From: an uncultured bacterium
Lineage (GTDB): Bacteria > Fidelibacterota > UBA2242
Assembly: GCA_964485745.1 (NCBI GenBank)
Contig: CAZAKO010000005.1
Span: 1 to 43,902, forward strand
DNA length: 43,902 nucleotides
Direction of reading: 5' to 3'
Shown one piece after another: positions 1 to 10,196 of the stretch (positions are counted from its first letter, which is position 1; each line of letters opens with the position of its first letter). Under the pieces are notes generated by a model that saw only the letters and a program-made list of their open reading frames with translations, had not been told where the DNA came from and ran no database searches. Position numbers and translations under genes: made by a program.

Positions 1-1664
1 TGGAGGGTCATCAGTGAAACGGCATTTTTCTGATCCTGCCAGGTGTCAATTTCGGTTATGAGTGAGACTTTCTCTAAATAGGACTCCAGCGTAGGTTGAT
101 CTTCCGTCTGGCAAAATTCCGAGATGTCATTCAGCAATTCATTGATATTGGCGAGGCGCTGGAGAGCCTCTTCCCCGCCTAATTCTTTGTAATAACTCCG
201 AAGTCCCAAATTATCAATTAAAACCCGGGTCCACTCCTCAAGCGCAAGCGTCTGGCGCAGTTCTTTAACCTGATTAATCATTTCGGAGAATGCTTTAATT
301 GCCTTCTTCGAACGCGGCGAAAATTCGAGAAAATCAAGATAGGCTAAAGCTTCCATCAGCGAGATTCCCCGCTTTTGGGCAAAATTTTCGAGTTCAGTCA
401 GGATCTGCTTGCCGATTCCGCGGGGAGGAAAACCAATAATGCGCTTCAGGCTAATATCGTCCTTGGGATTGGTTATAATGTTAAAATAAGCCAGGATATC
501 CCGGATTTCTTTACGCTCATAAAATTTTACGCCGCCGACAATCACATAAGGAATATTGTTGCGGCGCAGGATTTCCTCCAGAATCCGGCTTTGAGCATTG
601 GTACGATACAGAATTACAAAATCCTTGAATTTGCGTTTTTTACGGATAATCTCCTGCTGAATGCAGGCGGCGATCCGGGCAGCCTCGTCATACTCGTTTT
701 GAGCCTCGAGCTTGACCAGCAGTTCCCCATCGCTCTTTTGCGACCAGAGTTCCTTGCGAGCCCGATTTTGATTATTAGCCACGACCTGCGAGGCGGCTTT
801 TAAAATATTATTAGTCGAGCGGTAATTCTGCTCTAATTTAAACACTTTACATTCGGGAAAGTGCTTTTCGAAGTTCAAAATATTTTCGATGTTTGCACCC
901 CGCCAGCTGTAAATACTTTGATCGTCGTCACCCACGACACAGACATTGCGATGCTTTTTAGCCAGCTGATCAATCAACAGAAATTGAGGGCGGTTTGTAT
1001 CCTGATACTCATCCACCAAAATGTACTGATACCGGGCTTGATATTTTTTTAAAATCGCCGGTCTGGAATTGAATAACTGCAACGGTAAAAGGAGTAAATC
1101 ATCGAAATCGACCGCATTATTCCGTTTTAAAGCCGCCTGATATAATGGATAAACCTGCTCAACAACCTGATCTAACTGGCTGCCCTTGCGGGGTTCAAAA
1201 TCCTCGGCTCCAATCAACCAATTTTTTAAATAAGATATTCGTTGCAGTACGTTTTTGGGATTGAAATTTCCCAGGATAATGCCCGCATCTGCGATGACTT
1301 TCTTGATTAAAGAAATCTGATTATCCTCGTCATAAATCGTATACTGGCGGGTATATCCCAATGAATCAATTTCATTGCGCAGGAGCTTGGCGCAGATGGC
1401 ATGAAACGTACCAATATGAGTGTATTTCGCCAGATTGCCAACAAACATCTCGACCCGTGAGCGCAGCTCCTCGGCGGCTTTATTCGTAAAGGTTACTGCC
1501 AGAATATTGTCGGGATTAATCGCGCCATTCTGAATCAGATAGGCAATTTTATGCGTCAGGACTTTGGTCTTGCCGCTGCCGGCTCCGGCAAAAATTAATT
1601 GAGCACCCTGAAGCTGCTCAACCGCATGCCGCTGCTGAGGATTTAGACCTTGTAAAGGATTCAA
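1..1664 (-). CDS. pcrA: ATP-dependent DNA helicase PcrA/UvrD, 3' end runs off the window (absent from the ORF track)
   Basis: Manual translation from TTG at 1664 gives MNPLQGLNPQQRHAVE...LIFAGAGSGKTKVLT (Q motif, Walker A), AVTFTNKAA, GTFHA, VDEYQD, VVGDDDQSIY, LEQNYRST and VSLMTL at the window edge. TTGA overlap with the mltG stop. Confidence 0.95.
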   Translation of the reverse strand, partial: MNPLQGLNPQQRHAVEQLQGAQLIFAGAGSGKTKVLTHKIAYLIQNGAINPDNILAVTFTNKAAEELRSRVEMFVGNLAKYTHIGTFHAICAKLLRNEIDSLGYTRQYTIYDEDNQISLIKKVIADAGIILGNFNPKNVLQRISYLKNWLIGAEDFEPRKGSQLDQVVEQVYPLYQAALKRNNAVDFDDLLLLPLQLFNSRPAILKKYQARYQYILVDEYQDTNRPQFLLIDQLAKKHRNVCVVGDDDQSIYSWRGANIENILNFEKHFPECKVFKLEQNYRSTNNILKAASQVVANNQNRARKELWSQKSDGELLVKLEAQNEYDEAARIAACIQQEIIRKKRKFKDFVILYRTNAQSRILEEILRRNNIPYVIVGGVKFYERKEIRDILAYFNIITNPKDDISLKRIIGFPPRGIGKQILTELENFAQKRGISLMEALAYLDFLEFSPRSKKAIKAFSEMINQVKELRQTLALEEWTRVLIDNLGLRSYYKELGGEEALQRLANINELLNDISEFCQTEDQPTLESYLEKVSLITEIDTWQDQKNAVSLMTL

Positions 1665-2740
1665 TTTGGATTCTTTCTCATGGCTTCTAAGGCAATCTTA
1701 CGCCTGATTCTTTGAAAATGTCTTTTTGCTTTCAAAAATTCATCATAATCATGGGTAAAAGAATGGGTGCCGTCGCCCACGGCGACCATATAGAGATAAT
1801 TAGTGTTAGCCGGTCTGATCGCCGCCAGAATTGATTTGAGTCCGGGATTGTTGATTGGTCCGGGGGGCAATCCGCGCCGGCGGTAAGTATTATAAGGCGA
1901 ATCAATCTCAATATCACTATTTAGCAGACGGCGAGGCCCGTCGGGCAGAATATATTGAATAGTCGGATCGGACTCCAGTCGCATTCTGCGGCGCAGACGA
2001 TTGAGATAAACCGAAGCAACGATCGGGCGCTCTTCATCAACGAGACACTCACCCTCGATGATGGATGCCAAAGTTAAAACCGCATGCAGAGAACGCTTAC
2101 TGGCAGTGATCTCATTCAGGAGTGAATCGTCTATTATCTGGAAAAAATGGTTTACCATGCGCCGGATTACCGTTGGCGGATCATCCATATCAATAAAATC
2201 ATAGGTATCGGGAAAAAGATAACCTTCGAGGGAGGGTGACTGAATCCCGAGCTGTTGTAAAAGTGTCTTGTCATTTAGATATTGCATAAACTCTTCTGCC
2301 GTAAAATTCAGCTGATTTGCCAACAATGCCGCAATTTGTTTAGTCTGGTAACCTTCCGGGATAGTAATCCGGATCGAATGGGCTTGGGAATTAGCAAGGA
2401 TATTCACTAACGAGCGATAATCCTTTGCTTGCTCTAAGTCAAAAACCCCGGCTTTCAACGATCTGTTCTTGGACATCAAATGTGCCGCCAGAATAAATGT
2501 ATTTTTAGCGGGGATGATTTTTTTCTCCTCTAATGAACTGGCAATCTGATTCAAGCTTATACCCCGGGGAATAGTAAATCGCTGCGTATTGGCCTTAATC
2601 TGCACCGGCGTGGACAAAATCGTAAACCGAAATGAGATCATGACAATACCGACGATTAGAATGCTAAAGACGACCGGCTCAGTGATTACATTATAGAGCA
2701 CCTTACTAATTTTACCTGCTAACTGTGGCTTGAACTGCAT
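1661..2740 (-). CDS. mltG: Endolytic transglycosylase MltG (YceG family)
   Basis: N-terminal TM, ITIPEG, LEGYLFPDTY, LASIIEGE, RLESDPT, SPYNTY..GLPPGPINNPG. Confidence 0.95.
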   Translation of the reverse strand: MQFKPQLAGKISKVLYNVITEPVVFSILIVGIVMISFRFTILSTPVQIKANTQRFTIPRGISLNQIASSLEEKKIIPAKNTFILAAHLMSKNRSLKAGVFDLEQAKDYRSLVNILANSQAHSIRITIPEGYQTKQIAALLANQLNFTAEEFMQYLNDKTLLQQLGIQSPSLEGYLFPDTYDFIDMDDPPTVIRRMVNHFFQIIDDSLLNEITASKRSLHAVLTLASIIEGECLVDEERPIVASVYLNRLRRRMRLESDPTIQYILPDGPRRLLNSDIEIDSPYNTYRRRGLPPGPINNPGLKSILAAIRPANTNYLYMVAVGDGTHSFTHDYDEFLKAKRHFQRIRRKIALEAMRKNPN

Positions 2741-2752
2741 CGTAATTGGATC

Positions 2753-3799
2753 TTAAAATTGAAAAGGAACCGGAATAAAGGTTAAAATGAAAATTACCAA
2801 GGTGATGATGCCCAGCATCTTTTCATATTTTGTCACCGGAGAATTACTGTCGAGAATTGGCGGATGTCTCATACGGGTCAATAAATAAACCAGCGCTGCC
2901 CAGATTAACCAGTTAGCCGAAAAAATGCTTAAAATCAGAATCGCGCCTAATGCCCCCCAACCAATTTTTTTATACCACTTGCCTAACAACGCATAGGCAA
3001 TATGTCCACCATCCAACTGCCCGATGGGCAACAGATTCAGCATCGTCACCAACATCCCAATCCAGGCTGCAAACGCGACCGGATGAAGCATAATATCCAT
3101 CGCATCAGTCAGACCGGGATACATTATCCAGGTGGCAATTTTCATCAGAATTGATTCACCCAGTTTGATACCGACAGTATCGGGAGTGTTCATAATTGTA
3201 GAAGCTGATAGCCCCACAAAGAGAGCCGGCACCGCAATTAGAAATCCGGCAATCGGACCTGCCGCACCTATCTCGACGAGAGCCCGCCGTCTTTGAACCG
3301 GTGCCCGCATCTTGATAAACGCACCAAAAGTTCCGATGAAAGTCGGCGCCGGCAGAAAATAGGGCAAAGATGCGTCAACCCGGTTCTTTTTAGCCATTAA
3401 AAAATGACCCAACTCATGCACCCCCAGGATCAGCATTAGCGTCAAGGAAAACGGTACTCCTTTAACGATTAGGGAAAAATCCTGCAGCGGATTAAATCCG
3501 GCTAATAATGTACCGGCAAACAGGGTCGAACAAATCGTCAATACTAAAAGAATTAAATTGAGCAACGGAATTTTTTGACGCCAGCCCTTCAGCCGAATTG
3601 CAAATACATCCCGGGAGTTAATCTTATAATAGCTGATCTTTGGCACGGCACTGCGAGTTTGCTGCAGGACATATTCCGGAGTTACACCGGGATTAATATA
3701 GCCATCAATTAAGAGATTATTCCCACTCCGGCGGGAATTGATTATTTGCACCCAATTACTCAACATAATCAGGATTTGCCGTTCATTCAGATAATTCAT
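2753..3799 (-). CDS. Site-2 protease family (M50) intramembrane metalloprotease
   Basis: HELGH, AGPIAG and NLLPIGQLDGGH motifs; multiple TM helices. Confidence 0.92.
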   Translation of the reverse strand: MNYLNERQILIMLSNWVQIINSRRSGNNLLIDGYINPGVTPEYVLQQTRSAVPKISYYKINSRDVFAIRLKGWRQKIPLLNLILLVLTICSTLFAGTLLAGFNPLQDFSLIVKGVPFSLTLMLILGVHELGHFLMAKKNRVDASLPYFLPAPTFIGTFGAFIKMRAPVQRRRALVEIGAAGPIAGFLIAVPALFVGLSASTIMNTPDTVGIKLGESILMKIATWIMYPGLTDAMDIMLHPVAFAAWIGMLVTMLNLLPIGQLDGGHIAYALLGKWYKKIGWGALGAILILSIFSANWLIWAALVYLLTRMRHPPILDSNSPVTKYEKMLGIITLVIFILTFIPVPFQF

Positions 3800-3826
3800 A
3801 GTCAGCTACAGTCAAAAAGGTTGTTT

Positions 3827-3855
3827 AAGTTACTATGGTAACTGTTTTAAATCAA
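3827..3855 (-). promoter_or_regulatory. Candidate sigma70 promoter for S2P-mltG-pcrA, overlapped by palindrome AGTTAC-N4-GTAACT (3828-3843)
   Basis: Minus strand reads TTGATT-N17-TAACTT. Confidence 0.5.
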
Positions 3856-3957
3856 TCAGGAATCCAGGTTAAGCGAAATTTCCTTGGGTTTGAATACCAG
3901 TCTATATTAGTTTTGGGGCGTTTTTTCAATCTGTAAAATTCTTAACAAATTTCATCT

Positions 3958-5400
3958 ATGAATTCTTTACCGACCATTTTGAAAAACCGCTGGAATTCGA
4001 CCGGTGGTTACCGTGAATTACTCGGGATTGCTTTGCCGCTGATTCTCAGTACCAGCGCCTGGTCTATTCAACATTTTATTGACCGGATGTTTCTAACCTG
4101 GTACTCAACCGCAGCGATTGCTGCCGCCATGCCCTCCGGAATCTTAAACTTTATGACAATGACCCTATTCATCGGTACCGCCAGCTACATCAACACTTTT
4201 GTCGCCCAGTATTTTGGTGCCAAACAATCTAAAAAAATTGGGCCGATTGTGTGGCAGGGCAGCTACATCGCGATTTTTGGCGGGATAGTTCATCTGCTGC
4301 TAATTCCTTTCGCTAAGCCGATTTTTGGTTTTTTTAACCATGCGCCGGAAATTCAATCGCTCGAAGTGATCTATTTTCAAATTTTATGTTTGGGAGCGTA
4401 TCCGGCAATCGCCTCCTCTGCCTTTTCGAGTTTTTTCAGTGGCAGAGGAAAACCCTGGCCGTTGATGTGGATCAATTTCATCGCCACCTTAACCAATATC
4501 ATCTTTGATTACCTCCTGATTTTTGGTCACTGCGGCTTTCCCGAAATGGGTATCAGCGGCGCAGCCATCGCGACTGTTATGTCCGCCTGCGTAAGTTTTA
4601 TTATCTATCTGATAATTATCATGCGTCCCGAATTTTGCACCCAGTTTTGTCCCTCATCCAGACGCAAATTTGATCTCCATCTCCTGCAGCGACTAATCCA
4701 GTTCGGCTTGCCCAATGGTATTCAGTTTTTTCTTGATATTGCCGGTTTTACTGCCTTCCTCATGCTGATGGGACAACTTGGACGCGACTCACTGGCAGCC
4801 ACCAATATTGCCTTCAACATTAACAATCTCGCTTTTATGCCGATGATCGGATTCGGCATCGCCGTCTCGGTTATGGTTGGTCAATATCTTGGAGAAGATC
4901 AGCCGGTGCTGGCTCAAAAAAGTGTCTATTCCGGTTTCCATATTACGATTATTTACATGTCCCTGATGGCAATCCTGTATTTAACCCATCCCGATCTATT
5001 TATTAAGCCTTTCACCGCTGGTTCATCCGGTAACGAAATGGAATTCATCCGTAAAACTGTTGTCATTCTCCTAAAATTCGTCGCCTTGTACTCGATTTTT
5101 GATACCCTGAACATCATTTTTGCCGCGGCTATCAAGGGCGCCGGCGATACCCGCTTCGTGATGTGGATGATTAGTTGCCTCTCGGTTATGGTTCTGATTG
5201 TACCGACCTATCTGGCACTAATCGTCTGGAAAAAGGGTATTTTCGTCGGCTGGGCAATAATTACCGTTTACATTATTAGTCTTGGAACAATATTCCTTCT
5301 CCGCTTTCTGGGCGGCAAATGGAAGAATATGCGGGTTATTGAAAAAGCAATCCCGGGCTTGCCCTCCACTTTTGTCGAGACACCAACACCCGATGTTTAG
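3958..5400 (+). CDS. MATE family efflux transporter
   Basis: About 12 TM helices in two repeats; VAQYFGA, LLIFGHCGFPEMGISGAAIAT, VGQYLG, GAGDTR. Confidence 0.93.
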   Translation: MNSLPTILKNRWNSTGGYRELLGIALPLILSTSAWSIQHFIDRMFLTWYSTAAIAAAMPSGILNFMTMTLFIGTASYINTFVAQYFGAKQSKKIGPIVWQGSYIAIFGGIVHLLLIPFAKPIFGFFNHAPEIQSLEVIYFQILCLGAYPAIASSAFSSFFSGRGKPWPLMWINFIATLTNIIFDYLLIFGHCGFPEMGISGAAIATVMSACVSFIIYLIIIMRPEFCTQFCPSSRRKFDLHLLQRLIQFGLPNGIQFFLDIAGFTAFLMLMGQLGRDSLAATNIAFNINNLAFMPMIGFGIAVSVMVGQYLGEDQPVLAQKSVYSGFHITIIYMSLMAILYLTHPDLFIKPFTAGSSGNEMEFIRKTVVILLKFVALYSIFDTLNIIFAAAIKGAGDTRFVMWMISCLSVMVLIVPTYLALIVWKKGIFVGWAIITVYIISLGTIFLLRFLGGKWKNMRVIEKAIPGLPSTFVETPTPDV

Positions 5401-5445
5401 CAAAGATATGAACTCAATCTTATCTTATTAGCCTTAAGTCCAAAT

Positions 5446-8160
5446 CTAATTTAACAGCACCATCTTCTGGCGACTGAGATTACCCTTCTGCCTAAGTAGC
5501 AACAAATATACTCCACTGCTTACCTGCTGACCGTTCTGGTTCTTACCATTCCAACGATAGACCTGCAAACCGCCGTCCGGATTATCAATAGAAACTTGTA
5601 ACACTTGTTCTCCGAGTACATTGAAAATCTGTAAATCAGCTTTGGAATCCTCAATTAGCCGAAACCGAATTTTGGCTGATTCCCCGGATGAAGCAAGATA
5701 GGGATTGGGAAAGACCGGAAATAATTTCAGGCTCACTTCCGGAGTCGGATAAATTGGTCCGGAATAGATGAATTGCATTTCGACCGTATCAATCCCATTA
5801 AAAAATGAAAATGGAATTTCAGCCTGGGCGAGATTTTCGGAATCTAAGTAGACATTCACCACTAACGTATCATCAAGATTGATCGCTCCCTGAGCAGGAA
5901 TAAACACCAGGGCGGGACTGGTCGTCGAAAAGCTAAAATCTGCGCGACCGTTGCCGATATTGAAGACCTTAAGCACCATGCAAACTGATTTTTCGGCAAA
6001 AATCAGGTTAGTGGGGTAAATTGCCACCTGCGGATAATGGACATTATTTTCCAGTACCGAAATCAGAATTGAATCCGTTCCCGCGGTTGATTGAACTATG
6101 ACCGAATGATTATAAATATTGGGAACCAGCAGACTGCGATTAATCTGGACATTAATCTGCTGAAGTCCAAGCAGATTTTCACCGGCAAGCGGCGAGATCT
6201 GCAGCCAGTCCGGTAGTTGCGCAGTGATTTCCCAATCCAAAGCCTCTGAACCTAAATTACGTACTTCAAAAACTTTCGCGGACTCTCCCCTCCAGAAAAA
6301 GAGCGTATCCGGTAGAACCGATAATTCCGGCGGTGTAACAATGCTTTTATGAAATATGCCACCGATTAGCCAATCACCGGTCAGGATTTCATCATCAACC
6401 TGAAAATCGTGCAAATCTTGAAATTTATCACCCATTTTAAGATATGCCCGCCCGTTTCCTTGAGCCGTATGGGCGTAACCCAGCGCCTGCTTTTCAGCAT
6501 GACTCTCAACTGCAACATAGATCGCGGAACCAGTCAGCGAGGTCAGCGGTTCCGGAAATAGGTAATTTGTCCACTCCAGTTGATTAGGAATAAATTCATA
6601 GCTGGCGACTGGTGATTGATTTAGTTGTTGCAATATTTGTACAATTACGGGTGAATCGTTACTGACATTTACCAAAACCCCGGCTAAGCGGTATTGATTA
6701 TCCGGCGGGATGAACTTTGCCGCCGCCACATTTTGATCCAGTCGAATATACTCAGCCGGTGTTTCGGCGTAGGTAATCTTGATTTCCTCAACTCCACCGG
6801 CTCCTGTGGCAGAATAGCTAATCGAGCGTGAAATTGGCGTCGCCGAAATTCTCGTCCAATACGGAATCAAGGTCAGCTTCGAATAGGTCAACCCAAAGTC
6901 GGGATCCTCTAACCGAAAAGGCGAACTGGTCATTTCATCAAAAGTAATAACCGGTGGATCATAATTTTTAACCACTATTAGTTTAAACTGGGGATCCACA
7001 TTAAAGGACATTTCATAACTGAGATTCTTACCCGCATAAAAGCAAATATACTGGGCAGCCGAATTACTGACCGTAGCATTGATTATCTGTTCTTGGGTAA
7101 AATTACTATGAAAATAATCTGAGTAAATTGCCGGGATGTCAAATCCCTGATAGCTGAACTTACCGCCAGCAATAGTCGGCTCATTGATTAAATTAGCAAG
7201 GAACCAATCCCGCATTACCTCTTCAATTGCCACTGAGTAATCGGAATCATTCAGCACTTTTTTATAACTATCCAGCGAATTAGTTTTATCGCGGACGACA
7301 GCCCGGATAAAATCAATACCGAAGCGCCGATAACAGTAGAAGGTCCATAAGCCTACTTTAGAATAGTCCATCAGGCTATTGTCGAAAGAATTCAAGGGTC
7401 GGTTGGTATCCCTCAGAAAAAGATTATAGGAAGTGGAACTAAAACCCAGGATCGCCATGGCAAATTCGGACATACCCTCATTTAACCAGGTCTGTTCATC
7501 CGAATCGGCGCCATAATGAATCAAATGCTGCAATTCGTGAGCGATTACTCCCTGTGTTTCCGAATCCTCTACTTTTGCCGGATTGGTGTCTATATAAATA
7601 ATATCTCCATAATTACCTTTGCCAGCTTGTTTAATTTGATCCAGAGGATCAAAATAACCGGAAACATAGGTATCTGAAATTTCCGGATCATAACCATCAC
7701 GGACATCAATTAAAAGCACAAACAATTTCCCGTTTTGATCCACATCGGGAACCGGACCAAAAATCTCGGTCTCATTGGCATAGATCCCTTTATTCGGATT
7801 AATCGAACCAGACGGAGTCTCATCCAGTAAAGCCGTTAACAGCTGATCAACATCTATTGCCGTCACTCTGCCAGCCTCATATTCAGCCAACTCAGCATAA
7901 ACGACAATATCCTTCTCTGCTTTAACTCTTTTAAAAGCTACCTCAATCAACTTGACACTACTGGCATACAGGTCGTCCCGGATATAAAAAGTCGTATCAC
8001 CGGCGGTCGGTTTCGCCAAACTCTGAATAATGACGGTTTCGGGAATCTTACCCCAGGTGTAGGGTGTACCACAGATTGGCTGGGGCGCCGCCCGCTCGAG
8101 TTCCCGCGCAAATATTAAAAGGGGTAGATTAATCAGGATTAATATGCTTCGAATTCGCAT
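5446..8160 (-). CDS. Secreted zinc metallopeptidase (M30/hyicolysin-like) with Ig/BACON-like modules and C-terminal FlgD-Ig/T9SS-like sorting domain
   Basis: Signal-like start MRIRSILILINLPLLIFA (ATG 8160 overlaps gpsA stop, TAATG); IAHELQHLIH...WLNEGMSE; C-terminus FPNPY...IFNVLGEQV...WNGKNQNGQQVSSGVYLL...KMVLL. Confidence 0.8.
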   Translation of the reverse strand: MRIRSILILINLPLLIFARELERAAPQPICGTPYTWGKIPETVIIQSLAKPTAGDTTFYIRDDLYASSVKLIEVAFKRVKAEKDIVVYAELAEYEAGRVTAIDVDQLLTALLDETPSGSINPNKGIYANETEIFGPVPDVDQNGKLFVLLIDVRDGYDPEISDTYVSGYFDPLDQIKQAGKGNYGDIIYIDTNPAKVEDSETQGVIAHELQHLIHYGADSDEQTWLNEGMSEFAMAILGFSSTSYNLFLRDTNRPLNSFDNSLMDYSKVGLWTFYCYRRFGIDFIRAVVRDKTNSLDSYKKVLNDSDYSVAIEEVMRDWFLANLINEPTIAGGKFSYQGFDIPAIYSDYFHSNFTQEQIINATVSNSAAQYICFYAGKNLSYEMSFNVDPQFKLIVVKNYDPPVITFDEMTSSPFRLEDPDFGLTYSKLTLIPYWTRISATPISRSISYSATGAGGVEEIKITYAETPAEYIRLDQNVAAAKFIPPDNQYRLAGVLVNVSNDSPVIVQILQQLNQSPVASYEFIPNQLEWTNYLFPEPLTSLTGSAIYVAVESHAEKQALGYAHTAQGNGRAYLKMGDKFQDLHDFQVDDEILTGDWLIGGIFHKSIVTPPELSVLPDTLFFWRGESAKVFEVRNLGSEALDWEITAQLPDWLQISPLAGENLLGLQQINVQINRSLLVPNIYNHSVIVQSTAGTDSILISVLENNVHYPQVAIYPTNLIFAEKSVCMVLKVFNIGNGRADFSFSTTSPALVFIPAQGAINLDDTLVVNVYLDSENLAQAEIPFSFFNGIDTVEMQFIYSGPIYPTPEVSLKLFPVFPNPYLASSGESAKIRFRLIEDSKADLQIFNVLGEQVLQVSIDNPDGGLQVYRWNGKNQNGQQVSSGVYLLLLRQKGNLSRQKMVLLN

Positions 8161-9182
8161 TATGCTTTCGGAACGGAATGCCACTCATCAACCGGTTCTC
8201 TCCCCATCAGATCGTGCAGTGCCTTCTTAGGCGATTTTCCCTCAAAAAGGACTTGATATATTTCACTACTAATTGGCATGAGTACCCGATATTTCCGGCT
8301 CATCTGGTGGACGGTAACGCAGGTACGCACACCTTCGGCAACCATGGACATTCCGGAAAGGATATCCTTCAATTTACGACCCTTGCCAATTTCCTCACCA
8401 ACATAGCGATTACGACTATATTTGCTGCCGCAGGTAACGATTAGATCGCCTACCCCACTTAATCCGGCAAACGTTTCTTCCCGACCGCCAAACCTGACTC
8501 CCAAACGAATTATCTCCATCAATCCTCGGGTAATTAAAGCGGCTTTGGTATTATCGCCCAATCCCAAACCATCGCAGATACCCGAGGCGATGGCGATGAT
8601 ATTTTTAACCGCACCTCCAATTTCAACCCCAACTATGTCAGTACTGGTGTAAACCCGGAAATATGACGAACTGAAACTCTGCTGCACAAACCGGGCAGCC
8701 TCAATCTCGGTCGAAGCGGCGACAACAGCAGTAGGTACCTGGCGTGCGACCTCCTCGGCATGGCTGGGACCGGAAAGCGTCACAATTTTTTCCGGTGAGA
8801 CGGCAAGTTCGTCCTGAATGACCTGACTCATCCGCATCATCGAATTTTCTTCGATTCCTTTTGCCACGTTAATGAAAATCGGGCGATTGCTGATTAGTCC
8901 TTTTAATCCTTCAAGTAAGGTTCTCACGGATTGAGACGGCACCGCAACCACAATTGCCGAAACGTCTTCAATCGCGGCATGCAAATCGTTTACAATGGGA
9001 ATCTCCGGTGGAATGGGAATTCCTTCCAAAAGCGCATTACGGCGAGTCTTATTCATATATGTAACATTTTCGGGAAAATACTCCCAGAGTGTTACCCAAT
9101 GATGCAGGTGATGCAAGTGGATCGCAATAGTTGTTCCCCAGCTACCGGCACCCAGCACCGCAAATCGTATCCGTTTTTTCAT
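8160..9182 (-). CDS. gpsA: NAD(P)H-dependent glycerol-3-phosphate dehydrogenase
   Basis: VLGAGSWGT, AKGIE, LSGPSHAEEV, GGAVKNIIAIA, GDLIVTC.SKYSRNR, VAEGV. Confidence 0.97.
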   Translation of the reverse strand: MKKRIRFAVLGAGSWGTTIAIHLHHLHHWVTLWEYFPENVTYMNKTRRNALLEGIPIPPEIPIVNDLHAAIEDVSAIVVAVPSQSVRTLLEGLKGLISNRPIFINVAKGIEENSMMRMSQVIQDELAVSPEKIVTLSGPSHAEEVARQVPTAVVAASTEIEAARFVQQSFSSSYFRVYTSTDIVGVEIGGAVKNIIAIASGICDGLGLGDNTKAALITRGLMEIIRLGVRFGGREETFAGLSGVGDLIVTCGSKYSRNRYVGEEIGKGRKLKDILSGMSMVAEGVRTCVTVHQMSRKYRVLMPISSEIYQVLFEGKSPKKALHDLMGREPVDEWHSVPKA

Positions 9183-9200
9183 CTTTTCCTTAAAAAAAAG

Positions 9201-10196
9201 TTAGTGGCTGATTTGACCAATGATGATTGGCTCTTCACCACTAGCTCTTAAATCGGTTAGCAAGCGCTGCACTGCATTGGAGTTGACGATTAAGATTAAA
9301 CCAATTCCTAAATTGAATACATGGCGCATCTCTTCGACATCCACCTCACCCTGGCGCTGAATATAATTGAAAAGCGAAGGCCATTCCCAGGCATCCCAAT
9401 CAATCTGGAGTTTTAGCCCCGCCGGAATAACTCGAATTGTGTTGCCCACAATCCCGCCACCGGTGATGTGACTGATGGCATGTAAATCAGCATCCTCAAG
9501 CAATGGTAAGACCACGTTCAGATAAGAACGATGAATCCTTAAAAGGACATCACCTAATACACCCCCAATTTCACTAATATAATCGGTCGCCTGATGGTCC
9601 TTGAAAAGGACTTTTCGAGCCAGGGAATAACCATTCGTATGCAGTCCGTTGGAGGGTAAACCAATCAGGATATCGCCAGCCTGAACCTTGCGCGGCAACA
9701 TCTGCTCGCGTTCGACGATGCCAATAATCGTCCCTACCAGATCGTAGTCCTTTTTACGATAAATATCGGGCATTTCGGCCATCTCGCCGCCTATCAGAGA
9801 ACAATGATTCTCTTTACAGGCAGTTACCAATCCCTGAATAATCTCGACGACAATATCAGGTTTTAAGATACCAAGTCCAATATAATCCAGGAAAAAAAGT
9901 GGTCGGGCACCAACTGTCAAAATATCATTCACACAGTGATTCACCAGGCACTGACCGACAGTATCGTGATGCTTCATTAGTCTGGCAACGATCAATTTTG
10001 TCCCCACCCCATCCATGCTGGAGACAAGCACCGGCTGCTTATATGGTAAAGTTGGAAATTCAAAACAGCCGCCAAAGGAACCGATATCCGTCACCACGTT
10101 TGGTGAAAAAGTCTCTCTTACCAGACCCTTGATTCGTCTGACGGCTTCGTCTCCGGCTTCAATGTTGACGCCGGAACTTAAATAAGTGGCCTTCAA
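9201..10196 (-). CDS. purM: Phosphoribosylformylglycinamidine cyclo-ligase (AIR synthetase)
   Basis: SGVNIEAG, DGVGTK, VNDIL..GARPLFFLDY, GGEMAEMP, SNGLHTNGYSL, HITGGG, FNLGIG. Confidence 0.97.
   Translation of the reverse strand: MKATYLSSGVNIEAGDEAVRRIKGLVRETFSPNVVTDIGSFGGCFEFPTLPYKQPVLVSSMDGVGTKLIVARLMKHHDTVGQCLVNHCVNDILTVGARPLFFLDYIGLGILKPDIVVEIIQGLVTACKENHCSLIGGEMAEMPDIYRKKDYDLVGTIIGIVEREQMLPRKVQAGDILIGLPSNGLHTNGYSLARKVLFKDHQATDYISEIGGVLGDVLLRIHRSYLNVVLPLLEDADLHAISHITGGGIVGNTIRVIPAGLKLQIDWDAWEWPSLFNYIQRQGEVDVEEMRHVFNLGIGLILIVNSNAVQRLLTDLRASGEEPIIIGQISH

Noticed and set aside
375-1052. Plus-strand ORFs of 142 and 63 aa
   Set aside because: Antisense shadows of pcrA/uvrD, which the ORF track missed because it runs off the window
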